From a virus, in IMG/VR virus record IMGVR_UViG_3300011444_000005, positions 1 through 45,718 of that record: 45,718 nt of DNA, one strand, 5' to 3'. The translations under genes and the position numbers were made by a program. This document shows positions 32,828 through 41,201 of this stretch, piece after piece. Under the pieces are notes generated by a model. It made no database searches, was not told the DNA's origin, and worked only from the letters and a program-made list of their open reading frames with translations. Numbering within the stretch: position 1 is the stretch's first letter; the number at the start of each line of letters is the position of its first letter.

Positions 32828-33668
32828 GCTTCTTGCTCCTCTCTAAGAGAGCGCCTATACCGTAACGAGTGGCGTTACGGAAGTCCTTGATTGTTACGTC
32901 CTCGACAGGCTTGAGACCCTTCATTGAGGTTCTGATCTCCTGAAGGCCGCGTGCCTCCGGGACGGTCTTGACCTCGTATGTGCCAGCCTTTTCGCCGGCG
33001 CGCGTCTCCCACGTCTCGGTGTGGCTCAGCGGAAGCATGCCCCGGGCCTTACCTGGCAACATAATCTGAGTGACGATCTTCTTCGTCTTATCGTCCTCAT
33101 ACGTCTGAATGTGGCCAGTGCTGTAGATGTTAATTGGCAAGCTACTGATCGTTCCGAACACGTCGGCCAGCTTTGAGCCAACTATGCGATAGTCGCCCAG
33201 TTCCTCGATATCACCGTAGCGGTTGTTGATGAACAGCTGACGATCCATGACTGACTTGGAGACGAACGTCATGCTATCGAACACAAGCCAGTCATATTGT
33301 TCGTAGAGCTTTTGCGCTTCAAACTCATTGATGTGGTCTACCCAGCGCATGTACAGGGTTGGCTCCTTGGCGCGTTTGGGCCTGTCGCCGGGATACTTGC
33401 GACCAGACGCGTCTTTGTTGAACCCCTTGAGGGTCGCGTCCATGTCTGTGAATTCGGGCAGGAAACGAACAAAGTCCGTATCTGGACAGCCACTAATTGT
33501 GGCCAGCGTGTTCGGATCGAACACATAGACGAACTTGCGTCCAGGCAGTGACCATATCTGGGCAGACTTGCCAGAGCCCGTAGGGCCTACGCACATGATG
33601 CGATTGTGCGTAGGGGCCTCAGCATCTATGGCCTTCTCAAGCTGCCAATCATAAGTTGTTGGGGGCAT
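32748..33668 (-). CDS. Sak4-like / AAA_24 RecA-type ATPase
   Basis: Walker A VGPTGSGKS, Walker B LVFDSMT. ATG at 33668 with AGGAG upstream. The 3' end overlaps the next gene by 80 nt. Confidence 0.65.
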   Translation of the reverse strand: MPPTTYDWQLEKAIDAEAPTHNRIMCVGPTGSGKSAQIWSLPGRKFVYVFDPNTLATISGCPDTDFVRFLPEFTDMDATLKGFNKDASGRKYPGDRPKRAKEPTLYMRWVDHINEFEAQKLYEQYDWLVFDSMTFVSKSVMDRQLFINNRYGDIEELGDYRIVGSKLADVFGTISSLPINIYSTGHIQTYEDDKTKKIVTQIMLPGKARGMLPLSHTETWETRAGEKAGTYEVKTVPEARGLQEIRTSMKGLKPVEDVTIKDFRNATRYGIGALLERSKKHGTGQERAAAAATATTTGASKNAVHS

Positions 33669-33752
33669 GAGCGCTCCTGAGTGGGAATGAGCGCACATTG
33701 TGGCATATATGTTACACCTTGTCAACCTATATCTGTCAAGGTTGACACGTCA

Positions 33753-33983
33753 TCATGTCTTGGCCTTCCATCCTAGTATCTTACGACCGCGTGGTGTGGC
33801 GCTGTACATACGAACACGCGGGTATCCGTTGTGTGCCCAGCGACTTTGTACAAAGTCCTGCTGCTCCATGTTTAGGAGTACATTCCAGCGGGCGAACCAG
33901 AAACCGGCCTTGGAGAATATGCGGATGGCTGACATCTCGTCGGGGCCAAGCGCGGTCAAGATGCGTATCTCTGTACGAGTCAT
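33753..33983 (-). CDS. Winged-helix (PadR-like) transcription regulator candidate (76 aa)
   Basis: ILTALGPDEMSAIRI...NVLLNMEQQDFVQSRW...RMYSATPRGRKIL matches the PadR wHTH pattern. Confidence 0.4.
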   Translation of the reverse strand: MTRTEIRILTALGPDEMSAIRIFSKAGFWFARWNVLLNMEQQDFVQSRWAHNGYPRVRMYSATPRGRKILGWKAKT

Positions 33984-34189
33984 TTAGACAGTTCCTTGAG
34001 GGCACGTGCTAACTCGGAGCGTTTGTCGAGCTGCTTGAGACGGTGGTATTCATTACGAAACCAGTTCTCTTGCTTGATTTGTAGCTCCGCTGCGCGATAG
34101 CCCATTGTTGCGAGGGTGTGTCTGTAGCGCTTTAGACTGCTGAGCTTGGCGTCACGGGCCAGATCGTACAGTTCATGGGGCAGCCTCAT
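33980..34189 (-). CDS. Hypothetical protein (69 aa)
   Basis: ATGA coupling with the downstream gene. Confidence 0.5.
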   Translation of the reverse strand: MRLPHELYDLARDAKLSSLKRYRHTLATMGYRAAELQIKQENWFRNEYHRLKQLDKRSELARALKELSK

Positions 34190-34388
34190 CAGGGATCTCC
34201 TCCACCTTCACCAGGGTCAGACCAAGGCCCTTATATCGTGGCGCGTAGATGCCTGTGGCTGGCCCCCAGCGGACGGCCATGGCTAGGTGACGTGCGTCAT
34301 CCTCGTTCGCGGCCTCCACCATACGCACGCCATCGTTGTGCTTGACACCTCGAAACCAATAGCGGAATCTTGGGATCTTTGCCATCAT
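34173..34388 (-). CDS. Hypothetical protein (71 aa)
   Basis: ATGA overlap with the nuclease gene stop. Confidence 0.5.
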   Translation of the reverse strand: MMAKIPRFRYWFRGVKHNDGVRMVEAANEDDARHLAMAVRWGPATGIYAPRYKGLGLTLVKVEEIPDEAAP

Positions 34389-35389
34389 GGTGATAGCTCC
34401 TGTGGGGTGCCAATGTGTTCCAGAGGGTCCCATCGCTCGACTTTGTAGCCAGCTGGGGCTTCGGTCCATGTCAGGGGGTTCGCGCGCGCCTTACACAAGC
34501 CAAGGTATGGACATGCCGAGTTGAAATTGAAGCACGAGTTTGTGTTCTTTGGAAACGCATTCATATATCGGTCAGCTTCGCTGACGGCCTGCAGGGCTGT
34601 GCGCTGAGCTTCGATCTGGTCGACCCAGGAGTGTGTTTCGCCGAGCCAGTTATCGAGGTGCGGAACCTGACGATCGACCGGAACGAACTGTGCGTCTTGG
34701 CCTACCTTGTGGACAAGGACAGGATCGGCGAACACGTCGATCTTGCGGGCGGCGCTTTCCTCCGGGTACAGCAGATTGAGGGCGTACAGATATCCGTCGA
34801 TCTGACTGTTTGGGCTAAAGCTCTCTAGGTACATCGGACTTATGCGCTGTTTCTTGCGGGTGCTGTCCAATCGCATGGCAGTTGTGGTCTTGTGCTCAAT
34901 GCCACGCACGGAGGTGTGCGTGGGGCGCACAATCTTGTCGATGCGGCCGATGTAGAACAGCGTCTCGTCTTCAGGATCTAGGGGCACGGCGAAGGGGCGT
35001 TCGATCTCAATGATTTCCCATTCCTGGATCGAACGCTGGCGCTTTTCGTAATAGTCTTCCAGCATCTCGAGGGCGACGGCTGGTGTTCGTGGCATTAACT
35101 CGTCGCTTAGACCGAGGTCGATCTCGTGCGGGGGGGTCATGCCTTCCTTGATCCAGTAGGTTATGAAGGCGCCAAAAGCCGCGTCCATGACAACACTACG
35201 GGGCTGGTTCAGCGAGGTTGTCTCCCACAGGCGGTCCATCGCGGCGTGCCAGGCGCCTCCAAAGATCAGCGGGAGGCGCCTTTCGCCGGTCGAAACCCAG
35301 TGCATTACGTGCCTGAAGAAGAAAAACCTGGGGCAGCGCTTGTAGTCACTCAGACGCGTGTTATCGTATAGGCGAAGGTTGCTCAGCAT
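34385..35389 (-). CDS. Cas4/RecB-like PD-(D/E)XK exonuclease with a four-Cys cluster
   Basis: YKRCPRFFFF (first Cys), GRIDKI and IEHKT (D...ExK), QIDGYLY (QxxxY), C-terminal CFNFNSACPYLGLC. GGGAG RBS at ATG 35389. Confidence 0.75.
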   Translation of the reverse strand: MLSNLRLYDNTRLSDYKRCPRFFFFRHVMHWVSTGERRLPLIFGGAWHAAMDRLWETTSLNQPRSVVMDAAFGAFITYWIKEGMTPPHEIDLGLSDELMPRTPAVALEMLEDYYEKRQRSIQEWEIIEIERPFAVPLDPEDETLFYIGRIDKIVRPTHTSVRGIEHKTTTAMRLDSTRKKQRISPMYLESFSPNSQIDGYLYALNLLYPEESAARKIDVFADPVLVHKVGQDAQFVPVDRQVPHLDNWLGETHSWVDQIEAQRTALQAVSEADRYMNAFPKNTNSCFNFNSACPYLGLCKARANPLTWTEAPAGYKVERWDPLEHIGTPQELSP

Positions 35390-35573
35390 CGTTAGGCTCC
35401 CTTGTTGCAATGAGGCAGCTCCTGAACCATGCGCGTCCACATAAGGCGCCGTAACGCTCAGTGATCAGATCAAGGGCCTCGTCGGCGGTTGCAGCGACGA
35501 CGATCCCGTAGTCGATCGGATCGCGGCGCGGAACGGCTCGGTCGGGTTTGTAGCGCACGTGAAACAGGGTCAT
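35361..35573 (-). CDS. Hypothetical protein (70 aa)
   Basis: ATGA coupling upstream. Confidence 0.45.
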   Translation of the reverse strand: MTLFHVRYKPDRAVPRRDPIDYGIVVAATADEALDLITERYGALCGRAWFRSCLIATREPNDAEQPSPIR

Positions 35574-35761
35574 TTGAGTAGTTCCTCAAATATGGGTCTC
35601 AGGTCCTCCACTGAGAGGCTCACATCGTGTGTAGGGCGAGCCTTGTCGCCGTAATGGAGCGCGATAATCAGATCACCTCCATGTCGAGTCAGGCGCAAAT
35701 CCCACCCGACGCCGGGTGTCCCCTCCATTGGAATGACGTAGATTATTGTTCGACTGATCAT
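35570..35761 (-). CDS. Hypothetical protein (63 aa)
   Basis: ATG at 35761 with an ATGA overlap with the upstream stop. Confidence 0.45.
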   Translation of the reverse strand: MISRTIIYVIPMEGTPGVGWDLRLTRHGGDLIIALHYGDKARPTHDVSLSVEDLRPIFEELLK

Positions 35762-36159
35762 TGGCACCTTCCTCGGGCGCGGTCCCTAGGGCCACAGTAC
35801 GGACGCTTTGCAGTCTGTGGCTGCACACACAGTGGCAAAGCCGCGCAGCCCCGACTGCGCCACATGTCGGCGTCCTTGTGGATGTCGAGGTTTCGGACGA
35901 GGGCATGGCTGCGGGCGAGCATGCCCTCCTTCATCATGATGTCGAGCGTGCCACTCGCCTCGGCGTGCGCGTCGATCCACTCGGACATGGCTCCCAGGCG
36001 CTTGTCACGCAGGTCCTTGTGCACCTGCCAGTCCGTTGTGTATGCTTCGCATTCCGTCGTGCGGGCGATGTTGTGTGCGATGTTGCCGCAGGTGGCCAAC
36101 GACGGGCTTACGCCCGAGGCAAAAAGCGCTAGGCTTAGCGCCAGCGTAAATCGTTTCAT
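35758..36159 (-). CDS. Secreted protein candidate (133 aa)
   Basis: Signal-peptide-like MKRFTLALSLALFASGVSPSLATC. ATGA coupling. Confidence 0.55.
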   Translation of the reverse strand: MKRFTLALSLALFASGVSPSLATCGNIAHNIARTTECEAYTTDWQVHKDLRDKRLGAMSEWIDAHAEASGTLDIMMKEGMLARSHALVRNLDIHKDADMWRSRGCAALPLCVQPQTAKRPYCGPRDRARGRCQ

Positions 36160-36398
36160 TTGTCGAGTGCCTCCTGCCAAGCTCCGCCCCATATGTGCTT
36201 AGCTATCTCATGGATCAAGGCGATCGTGTGGCTCAGACAGACTGCCAGATCGAAGTTGCTGTGTATTAGCGCCAAGTTGCGGAGCTTAATCAGTCCGTCC
36301 CGCAGATCAGCCGTCTCAAGTGGTCCGTAAGCCATCTCAGCGGCGACAAATACCTTTAGCCCCTCCGGGGCTTCGGGGTTATCGATAGCGTGTGTCAT
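36156..36398 (-). CDS. Hypothetical protein (80 aa)
   Basis: ATG with GGAGG upstream and an ATGA overlap. Confidence 0.55.
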   Translation of the reverse strand: MTHAIDNPEAPEGLKVFVAAEMAYGPLETADLRDGLIKLRNLALIHSNFDLAVCLSHTIALIHEIAKHIWGGAWQEALDK

Positions 36399-36574
36399 GT
36401 GTAGCACCTCCGATCTGTGCAGCGGGGACAGGGGTGGCACCGGCCATACTTGTCGCATGTGGTGCATCCAGCGGCCATCGGGCCAAGGGCCCGAGCTTTG
36501 TGTGTGTTTGCGCACAGGAGCATGCCTGCGCTGAGAAACACGAGGGCCAGCAAGACCCACCAAGGGATGTTCAT
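36395..36574 (-). CDS. Small membrane protein (59 aa) with a Cys-rich tail
   Basis: TM segment WWVLLALVFLSAGMLLC, then CTTCDKYGRCHPCPRC. ATGA coupling. Confidence 0.5.
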   Translation of the reverse strand: MNIPWWVLLALVFLSAGMLLCANTHKARALGPMAAGCTTCDKYGRCHPCPRCTDRRCYT

Positions 36575-36792
36575 CGTGTTAGCCTCAGTGCCCTGTGTGC
36601 GCTTTCGATAAGATCGGACGGGAGCACAGCACTGACCAACTCGTTCGGTGCGCATGCGCCCTGTGTGTAATCGACACAGCCTAGCACGAGCACTAGCATA
36701 GCGCGGGCGGTTTCCAGCTTGGCGGCGGGGCTAAGCTCGGTCGGCAGATCGGCCGCGGTCGGCAGCACCTGCCCACTTGGTAGCGTTGTCAT
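36571..36792 (-). CDS. Hypothetical protein (73 aa)
   Basis: TAATG junction upstream. Confidence 0.5.
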   Translation of the reverse strand: MTTLPSGQVLPTAADLPTELSPAAKLETARAMLVLVLGCVDYTQGACAPNELVSAVLPSDLIESAHRALRLTR

Positions 36793-37181
36793 TAGTTTAC
36801 AGTCTCCTGTTTGCTTGAGGTCATGTGGATATCGAGGAGGGCTCCGACGATCGCCTCGCGGTCCATGCCGCAGTCTTCCATGTGCACGCATAGGCGTGCA
36901 ATCATGCTGCCCGCGATGTCACGGTCATGAGCAGGCTGCGCCTGCGGTACAATCTTCCCGCCTTCGGCACGTAGCCCGCCTTCGGCGGGCGCCTCGACGG
37001 TAGCGGGGAGGTGTTCCATGAGGAACTTGGCTACGCGGCGCGCCGCGTCAGCTGTATGCTCCTGGCCGCCCACAATGTAGTCGCTGCTGTCCAGCGCTGT
37101 GTACAAGACGGCCTCCAGGAGGGTCATGCCTGTCGCGGCCATGATGTCCTCGAAGCCTTCAACGTCTCCGGAGCCGGTCAT
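36792..37181 (-). CDS. Hypothetical protein (129 aa)
   Basis: ATGA coupling. Confidence 0.55.
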   Translation of the reverse strand: MTGSGDVEGFEDIMAATGMTLLEAVLYTALDSSDYIVGGQEHTADAARRVAKFLMEHLPATVEAPAEGGLRAEGGKIVPQAQPAHDRDIAGSMIARLCVHMEDCGMDREAIVGALLDIHMTSSKQETVN

Positions 37182-37483
37182 CGCGGGGCCTCGCTTGTGC
37201 AAGACGTCTTGCCACAAAGAAGACACTTGCCGTCGGACCCAGGTATGCATACGCCCTTAGTGGTATCCTGGAAGATCGTGTCGCTAATGAGCTTGAAGCC
37301 CATGCCTTTGAACATTGCGTCAAGTACATCAACCGCACTGTCCTTGTCAACCTTGTCCATCACCTTCAGCACATCGTAACCCACCTTGAGTGCGATCATG
37401 ATCTCATCGCGTGGAAAGCCGAGGGTGGTCATCTCGGCCGTGTAACGGGCCAGCATGCGTGTGGCAATGTCTTGTGTGGTCAT
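37178..37483 (-). CDS. Hypothetical protein (101 aa)
   Basis: ATG at 37483 with AGGACGG upstream. First gene after a terminator. Confidence 0.55.
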   Translation of the reverse strand: MTTQDIATRMLARYTAEMTTLGFPRDEIMIALKVGYDVLKVMDKVDKDSAVDVLDAMFKGMGFKLISDTIFQDTTKGVCIPGSDGKCLLCGKTSCTSEAPR

Positions 37484-37510
37484 CTGAGCCGTCCTAGTTG
37501 TGAGGTTCCG

Positions 37511-37549
37511 CAAACAAGAAGGGGTTCCGCGTGCGAGACGGAACCCCTT
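37511..37549 (-). terminator. Rho-independent terminator after CDS 37607..37981
   Basis: 11-bp perfect stem AAGGGGTTCCG/CGGAACCCCTT, followed on the minus strand by CTTGTTTG. A second 9-bp hairpin (AGATCGACT/AGTCGATCT) lies about 5 nt to its right, upstream in the minus-strand transcript. Confidence 0.7.
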
Positions 37550-37606
37550 AGTCAGATCGACTGCGTCGATTTCAGTCGATCTGTGGCAAACTGATCGCCG
37601 TCACGG

Positions 37607-37981
37607 TCAGGCAGCGGCTTTCTTGTGCTTGGCCGCCATGGGGGCAGGTTCGCCTTTCAGCTCCTGCAGCTCGGACAGAATGGCAGCGCGATCCTCGGGT
37701 GACATCTTGTCCATAAGCTCGCGAACACGCTCTTCGGGGCTTCGGCTGATGCGAGGTGCGCCGGGCTTCCAGGTCTCCAGGGACGTGCGGATCTCGTCGG
37801 CGGACTTACCCGACTTGATCAGACCGCGTGCGTGGCCTTGGGATGCAATGACAAGGGCGCGCAGCGTATATGCCCAGACGATGTCCTCGCCGAACAGCTC
37901 GACGGCCTGGTCGAGGCTGCTGCCGAACTCATATTCGAAGGAGACGCTGCCTCCCTCAGTGACTTGTGCGTTTACTTCCAT
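37607..37981 (-). CDS. Hypothetical protein (124 aa) in its own terminator-bounded unit
   Basis: ATG with GGAG upstream, followed by two hairpins. No recognisable motif. Confidence 0.65.
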   Translation of the reverse strand: MEVNAQVTEGGSVSFEYEFGSSLDQAVELFGEDIVWAYTLRALVIASQGHARGLIKSGKSADEIRTSLETWKPGAPRISRSPEERVRELMDKMSPEDRAAILSELQELKGEPAPMAAKHKKAAA

Positions 37982-38011
37982 AAGACAGAACTCCGTTTCG
38001 ATACATTTTCA

Positions 38012-38031
38012 ATGTGGCAAACATGCCACAT
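38012..38031. promoter_or_regulatory. Palindrome ATGTGGCA-AACA-TGCCACAT
   Basis: 8-bp perfect arms in the 76-bp gap upstream of CDS 37607..37981. Confidence 0.5.
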
Positions 38032-38057
38032 CGCAGCGTGAAATGCAACAAAAATCG

Positions 38058-38405
38058 TTAGCGTGCGATGGAGGCCTCATCATCAATTGGCTTGACAAAT
38101 GCGCTGTCATAATGACGGGCATGATAACGCGCGTTGGGGTCGGGTATGGCGGCCTCCAGGGCTTCGCCACAGTCCTCATCTTTGGCGAGCGGATCGAAGC
38201 CGAGCATCATACCGTCTGCTGGAAAACGATGCATCGCCAGGCGATCCTGCATCTTCGTAATCCTCCACCGTAGCCCGTCCTGAGCCAACGAAAGAAGGTC
38301 CGGGCTTGTCTCAAGGTAAGTCATTGCATCAAGCAATATCTCGGTGTCGAGGAGCACAAGGGATATCTCACGGATCAAGCTGTCGTTCGATGCGGGGTCG
38401 TTCAT
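38058..38405 (-). CDS. Hypothetical protein (115 aa)
   Basis: Full ORF, same-strand operon. Confidence 0.55.
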   Translation of the reverse strand: MNDPASNDSLIREISLVLLDTEILLDAMTYLETSPDLLSLAQDGLRWRITKMQDRLAMHRFPADGMMLGFDPLAKDEDCGEALEAAIPDPNARYHARHYDSAFVKPIDDEASIAR

Positions 38406-38417
38406 GCTCGTGTGCTC

Positions 38418-38726
38418 CTAGTTGATATCGCTGGGGCTTTTGATGTCTGACTTGTGGGCGTCAATGGCCCAAGCCCGTATGGATGTGGTTACTGACTCAA
38501 TAAACAGATCCGCTGAGCCGGACTTGGCGGCGTAGGTAGCTATCAGTGACAGGTGGATACCTATCGTCATTGCAAAGGCTTGAGCTACGTCCTTACCGTG
38601 GCGCCTCTCCACCATAAGCTCTGTAAGCCATGCAGTCATGGTGGGGCTGGTGGCCTTCATGAGGCGGGCGGCGAGTTCGACGAACTCAGGATCGTTCTGT
38701 CGAGTTGGAAAATGGTCTTCAGTCAT
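38418..38726 (-). CDS. Hypothetical protein (102 aa)
   Basis: ATGA overlap with the upstream stop. Confidence 0.55.
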   Translation of the reverse strand: MTEDHFPTRQNDPEFVELAARLMKATSPTMTAWLTELMVERRHGKDVAQAFAMTIGIHLSLIATYAAKSGSADLFIESVTTSIRAWAIDAHKSDIKSPSDIN

Positions 38727-38971
38727 TTGATACCTCTCATGAAGCGCCGTGCGTACACATGGAATTCGTTCTTGCATTCGTCCTTGCAGAACTTCTGTGA
38801 CCGACGGGACTTGCGATACGTCTCGCCGCACCACTCACAGCGAACGATGTTGCCGACCTCACCTTCACGAGCAGCTAGCTGTTCAATGAGGTATTCCTTT
38901 AGCGACCTGTCGCCAGGCTCGTTGCCCTTGTGGAGGGAGAGCAAGAGGCGGATATCGGCGGGTGTTGGCAT
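38723..38971 (-). CDS. Zinc-finger protein candidate (82 aa)
   Basis: CEWCG...CKDEC four-Cys pattern and a basic C-terminus. Confidence 0.5.
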   Translation of the reverse strand: MPTPADIRLLLSLHKGNEPGDRSLKEYLIEQLAAREGEVGNIVRCEWCGETYRKSRRSQKFCKDECKNEFHVYARRFMRGIK

Positions 38972-39118
38972 GGCGTGTCCGTTTACATGAAAATGGAACC
39001 AATTAACACGTTATGTGCGGATCATACACGGTTCGTGACGGATGGCACGCGAAACCGGGTATTACCCATGCCAATGGGACGAAAAACGCCCCATTGGTGC
39101 CCCATGCCAATGCCCAAA

Positions 39119-39460
39119 TCAATGGTCCCAATCGACCTCGCCACTGGCCAACAAATGCTCTAACATAGCCACAACGAGACGCTGGCGCTCCAAGGGGTTG
39201 ACCGCTGCGGCTACGAGGCTATTCCGCATGGAGATGCCTTGATCAGGCACACCATATACGATGTGGTGAGCGGCCAGCTCATCGATGCCAAGGGCATCAC
39301 CCACGTAATAGGTTTCTAGGGATGGAGTAATGCTGAGCTGATTACGCAAAACCCATGCGACGCACTCCCCGTAGCTCCACCCATGCACACCCTCGGGCAG
39401 AAGACGATAGTAGTTGAGTAGGCGCTGCGTATTGACGATCTGTTGATGCGTGCGTGTCAT
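39119..39460 (-). CDS. Hypothetical protein (113 aa)
   Basis: ATGA coupling upstream. Confidence 0.55.
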   Translation of the reverse strand: MTRTHQQIVNTQRLLNYYRLLPEGVHGWSYGECVAWVLRNQLSITPSLETYYVGDALGIDELAAHHIVYGVPDQGISMRNSLVAAAVNPLERQRLVVAMLEHLLASGEVDWDH

Positions 39461-39780
39461 AGCGTGGTCCTTACCTCAGTGCCGTTCGTCGCCTCAAGAT
39501 GGTCCAACATAAAGGCGAGCATGGCCTTCTGACTGTCCAAGGTCAGCGGGTGAAAGGGCACAGTGACGCCGCTGTTGTCAGGCGTCAGGTGGAAGAGGCA
39601 TCGTGCGATGCGGGGGCTCACGCCAAGTGCGCTGGCGATCAGGACGGTGCTGGCCTCCCGTTCGTCGATACCGTAGCTGCGTGCCAATACGCCCCCGATG
39701 CAGAAGGGGACGCTCCAGGTCATGTGTTGTGTCTGCTGTGCATAAAACGAGCGTAGCTCGTTAAGGGCTTCGATGTTCAT
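39457..39780 (-). CDS. Hypothetical protein (107 aa)
   Basis: ATG with GGAGA upstream. Confidence 0.55.
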   Translation of the reverse strand: MNIEALNELRSFYAQQTQHMTWSVPFCIGGVLARSYGIDEREASTVLIASALGVSPRIARCLFHLTPDNSGVTVPFHPLTLDSQKAMLAFMLDHLEATNGTEVRTTL

Positions 39781-39795
39781 GAGATGTCTCCATGT

Positions 39796-39819
39796 GGTTT
39801 AAATCCGGCCTCTGGCCGG
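39796..39819 (-). promoter_or_regulatory. Hairpin CCGGCC-AGA-GGCCGG followed by ATTTAAACC (read on the minus strand)
   Basis: Same architecture as 41202..41227 and 1693..1717. Intercistronic. Confidence 0.5.
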
Positions 39820-39862
39820 GGGAACCCTGGCACCCGAAGATGCCAGGGGATTGATGCCGGGG

Positions 39863-40324
39863 TTAGCCAGACGTTACGTCGTCCATCTCGTATGTCGGCG
39901 CCGCGACACGGTAGACGAACTGGCTCGTGTCGTGCAGAGACATAAGCAGCTCGACGTACATGCGCTTCTGCTCGTCGAGAGGCGAAGCGCAAAGCGCTTT
40001 GACCCACGTGGGATCAGCGTAACGGTTCAGCCGCTCGGAGCTGAAGCCGATCTGCTTGTTCCAGGGCACTGACCCGTCCATGCCCTGGCCGTAGGGCTCG
40101 ATGCCGAGCCATTCACCGAGACCACGATTGCAGCCGTGATCATGACCATTAGAACATGCAGCGGAAGTATCCATCTCGAAGGCCAGTTCGACCAGCCAGC
40201 GGCGAAAGTTCTTCGTTGTGACTGGCTCATGGGCTTTCTCGACGAACTCGATCAGTGTAAGGAGACGATCGGCACGCGGCTTGCGTGACCAGTCAGGCAC
40301 ATGATCGGCTGCGTAGTTTGTCAT
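39863..40324 (-). CDS. Hypothetical protein (153 aa)
   Basis: Full ORF with GGAGGA upstream. Confidence 0.6.
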   Translation of the reverse strand: MTNYAADHVPDWSRKPRADRLLTLIEFVEKAHEPVTTKNFRRWLVELAFEMDTSAACSNGHDHGCNRGLGEWLGIEPYGQGMDGSVPWNKQIGFSSERLNRYADPTWVKALCASPLDEQKRMYVELLMSLHDTSQFVYRVAAPTYEMDDVTSG

Positions 40325-40360
40325 GGTAGTCCTCCGTGTTGTGCCCGCCAGAGGCGGGCG

Positions 40361-40900
40361 TTAGCGTCCGTCTTTACCGAATTCGATCAGCAGGCGTAAG
40401 GCCAACTGACCCTCCACAACGCCCAGCTCGACATCGTCGGGATAGGTCTTTGCGAAGTTGTTAACCAAGCGCACGGCTTGGTGTAAGCTCTGGATTGTCG
40501 CGTCGGGCACGCGCGTAAGCGCAGCGATGCCGCCCGAAGGTCGACGCGGCATGCGGGTGGCACGCACAATAGATGGGATGCTCATGCTGGGCTTGGCAGC
40601 ATAAAGGACACCGTCCTTGAAATACGTGTTTACGTGTTCCATAGAGAAGGCGGGGATCGTTAGCTGCTTGGCAAGCAGATCCCCCATCGAGACACGCCAT
40701 GGATGGCTTGGATCGCCCCGACGTCCGAGGGCGTAGCGGCCAGACGGGCTGGCCGTGACGGCTATCCACTTACGTGTCTCATCGGGCGTGATCGTAACAT
40801 CGCAGCGCTTGGCCATTGATACTGAGCCGCTTGTTAGAAGCTGGTGCTCCGTAAGAGTTAGGGCCAACTCAATGCCGGACTTGTGACGACTGATCTTCAT
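40361..40900 (-). CDS. Hypothetical protein (179 aa)
   Basis: Full ORF, followed by the hairpin GCCCGCC-TCT-GGCGGGC. Confidence 0.6.
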   Translation of the reverse strand: MKISRHKSGIELALTLTEHQLLTSGSVSMAKRCDVTITPDETRKWIAVTASPSGRYALGRRGDPSHPWRVSMGDLLAKQLTIPAFSMEHVNTYFKDGVLYAAKPSMSIPSIVRATRMPRRPSGGIAALTRVPDATIQSLHQAVRLVNNFAKTYPDDVELGVVEGQLALRLLIEFGKDGR

Positions 40901-40920
40901 GAGTGGAACCGCCTGGAATG

Positions 40921-40948
40921 AAAAAAGGCCCGGCGCAAGCGCCGAGCC
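40921..40948 (-). terminator. Rho-independent terminator of the mini transcription unit
   Basis: Minus strand GGCTCGGCGC-TT-GCGCCGGGCC (one G-U pair), followed by TTTTTT. Confidence 0.75.
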
Positions 40949-40963
40949 AGTGAGAGGGAACGA

Positions 40964-41098
40964 TCAGTGAATGACGTGGCTTGCAGTGGCTAAGGCTGCA
41001 CGCAGTGCAGCATGGTGCGTGTGCTCCGTCTTAATGCTGACGGCCAGGGCCGTCCAGGCCATAATGAGTAAGGCGTTCCATAAGATGCGATAGAGCAT
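40964..41098 (-). CDS. Small hydrophobic peptide (44 aa, one TM helix)
   Basis: MLYRILWNALLIMAWTALAVSIKTEHTHH... It sits between a good promoter and a good terminator. Below the ORF-track length cutoff. Confidence 0.45.
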   Translation of the reverse strand: MLYRILWNALLIMAWTALAVSIKTEHTHHAALRAALATASHVIH

Positions 41099-41139
41099 GA
41101 CTGACCCCGCGAGGTGGCGGTTTGATTTGACCCATACAC

Positions 41140-41168
41140 ATTATGGCATGTTCATTGGTCAGATGCAA
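41140..41168 (-). promoter_or_regulatory. Sigma70-type promoter TTGCAT-N17-CATAAT
   Basis: Hexamers and exact 17-nt spacer verified base by base on the minus strand. Confidence 0.55.
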
Positions 41169-41201
41169 TCATGGGTTGCAGGCGGACGATTGTCCGCGCA
41201 T

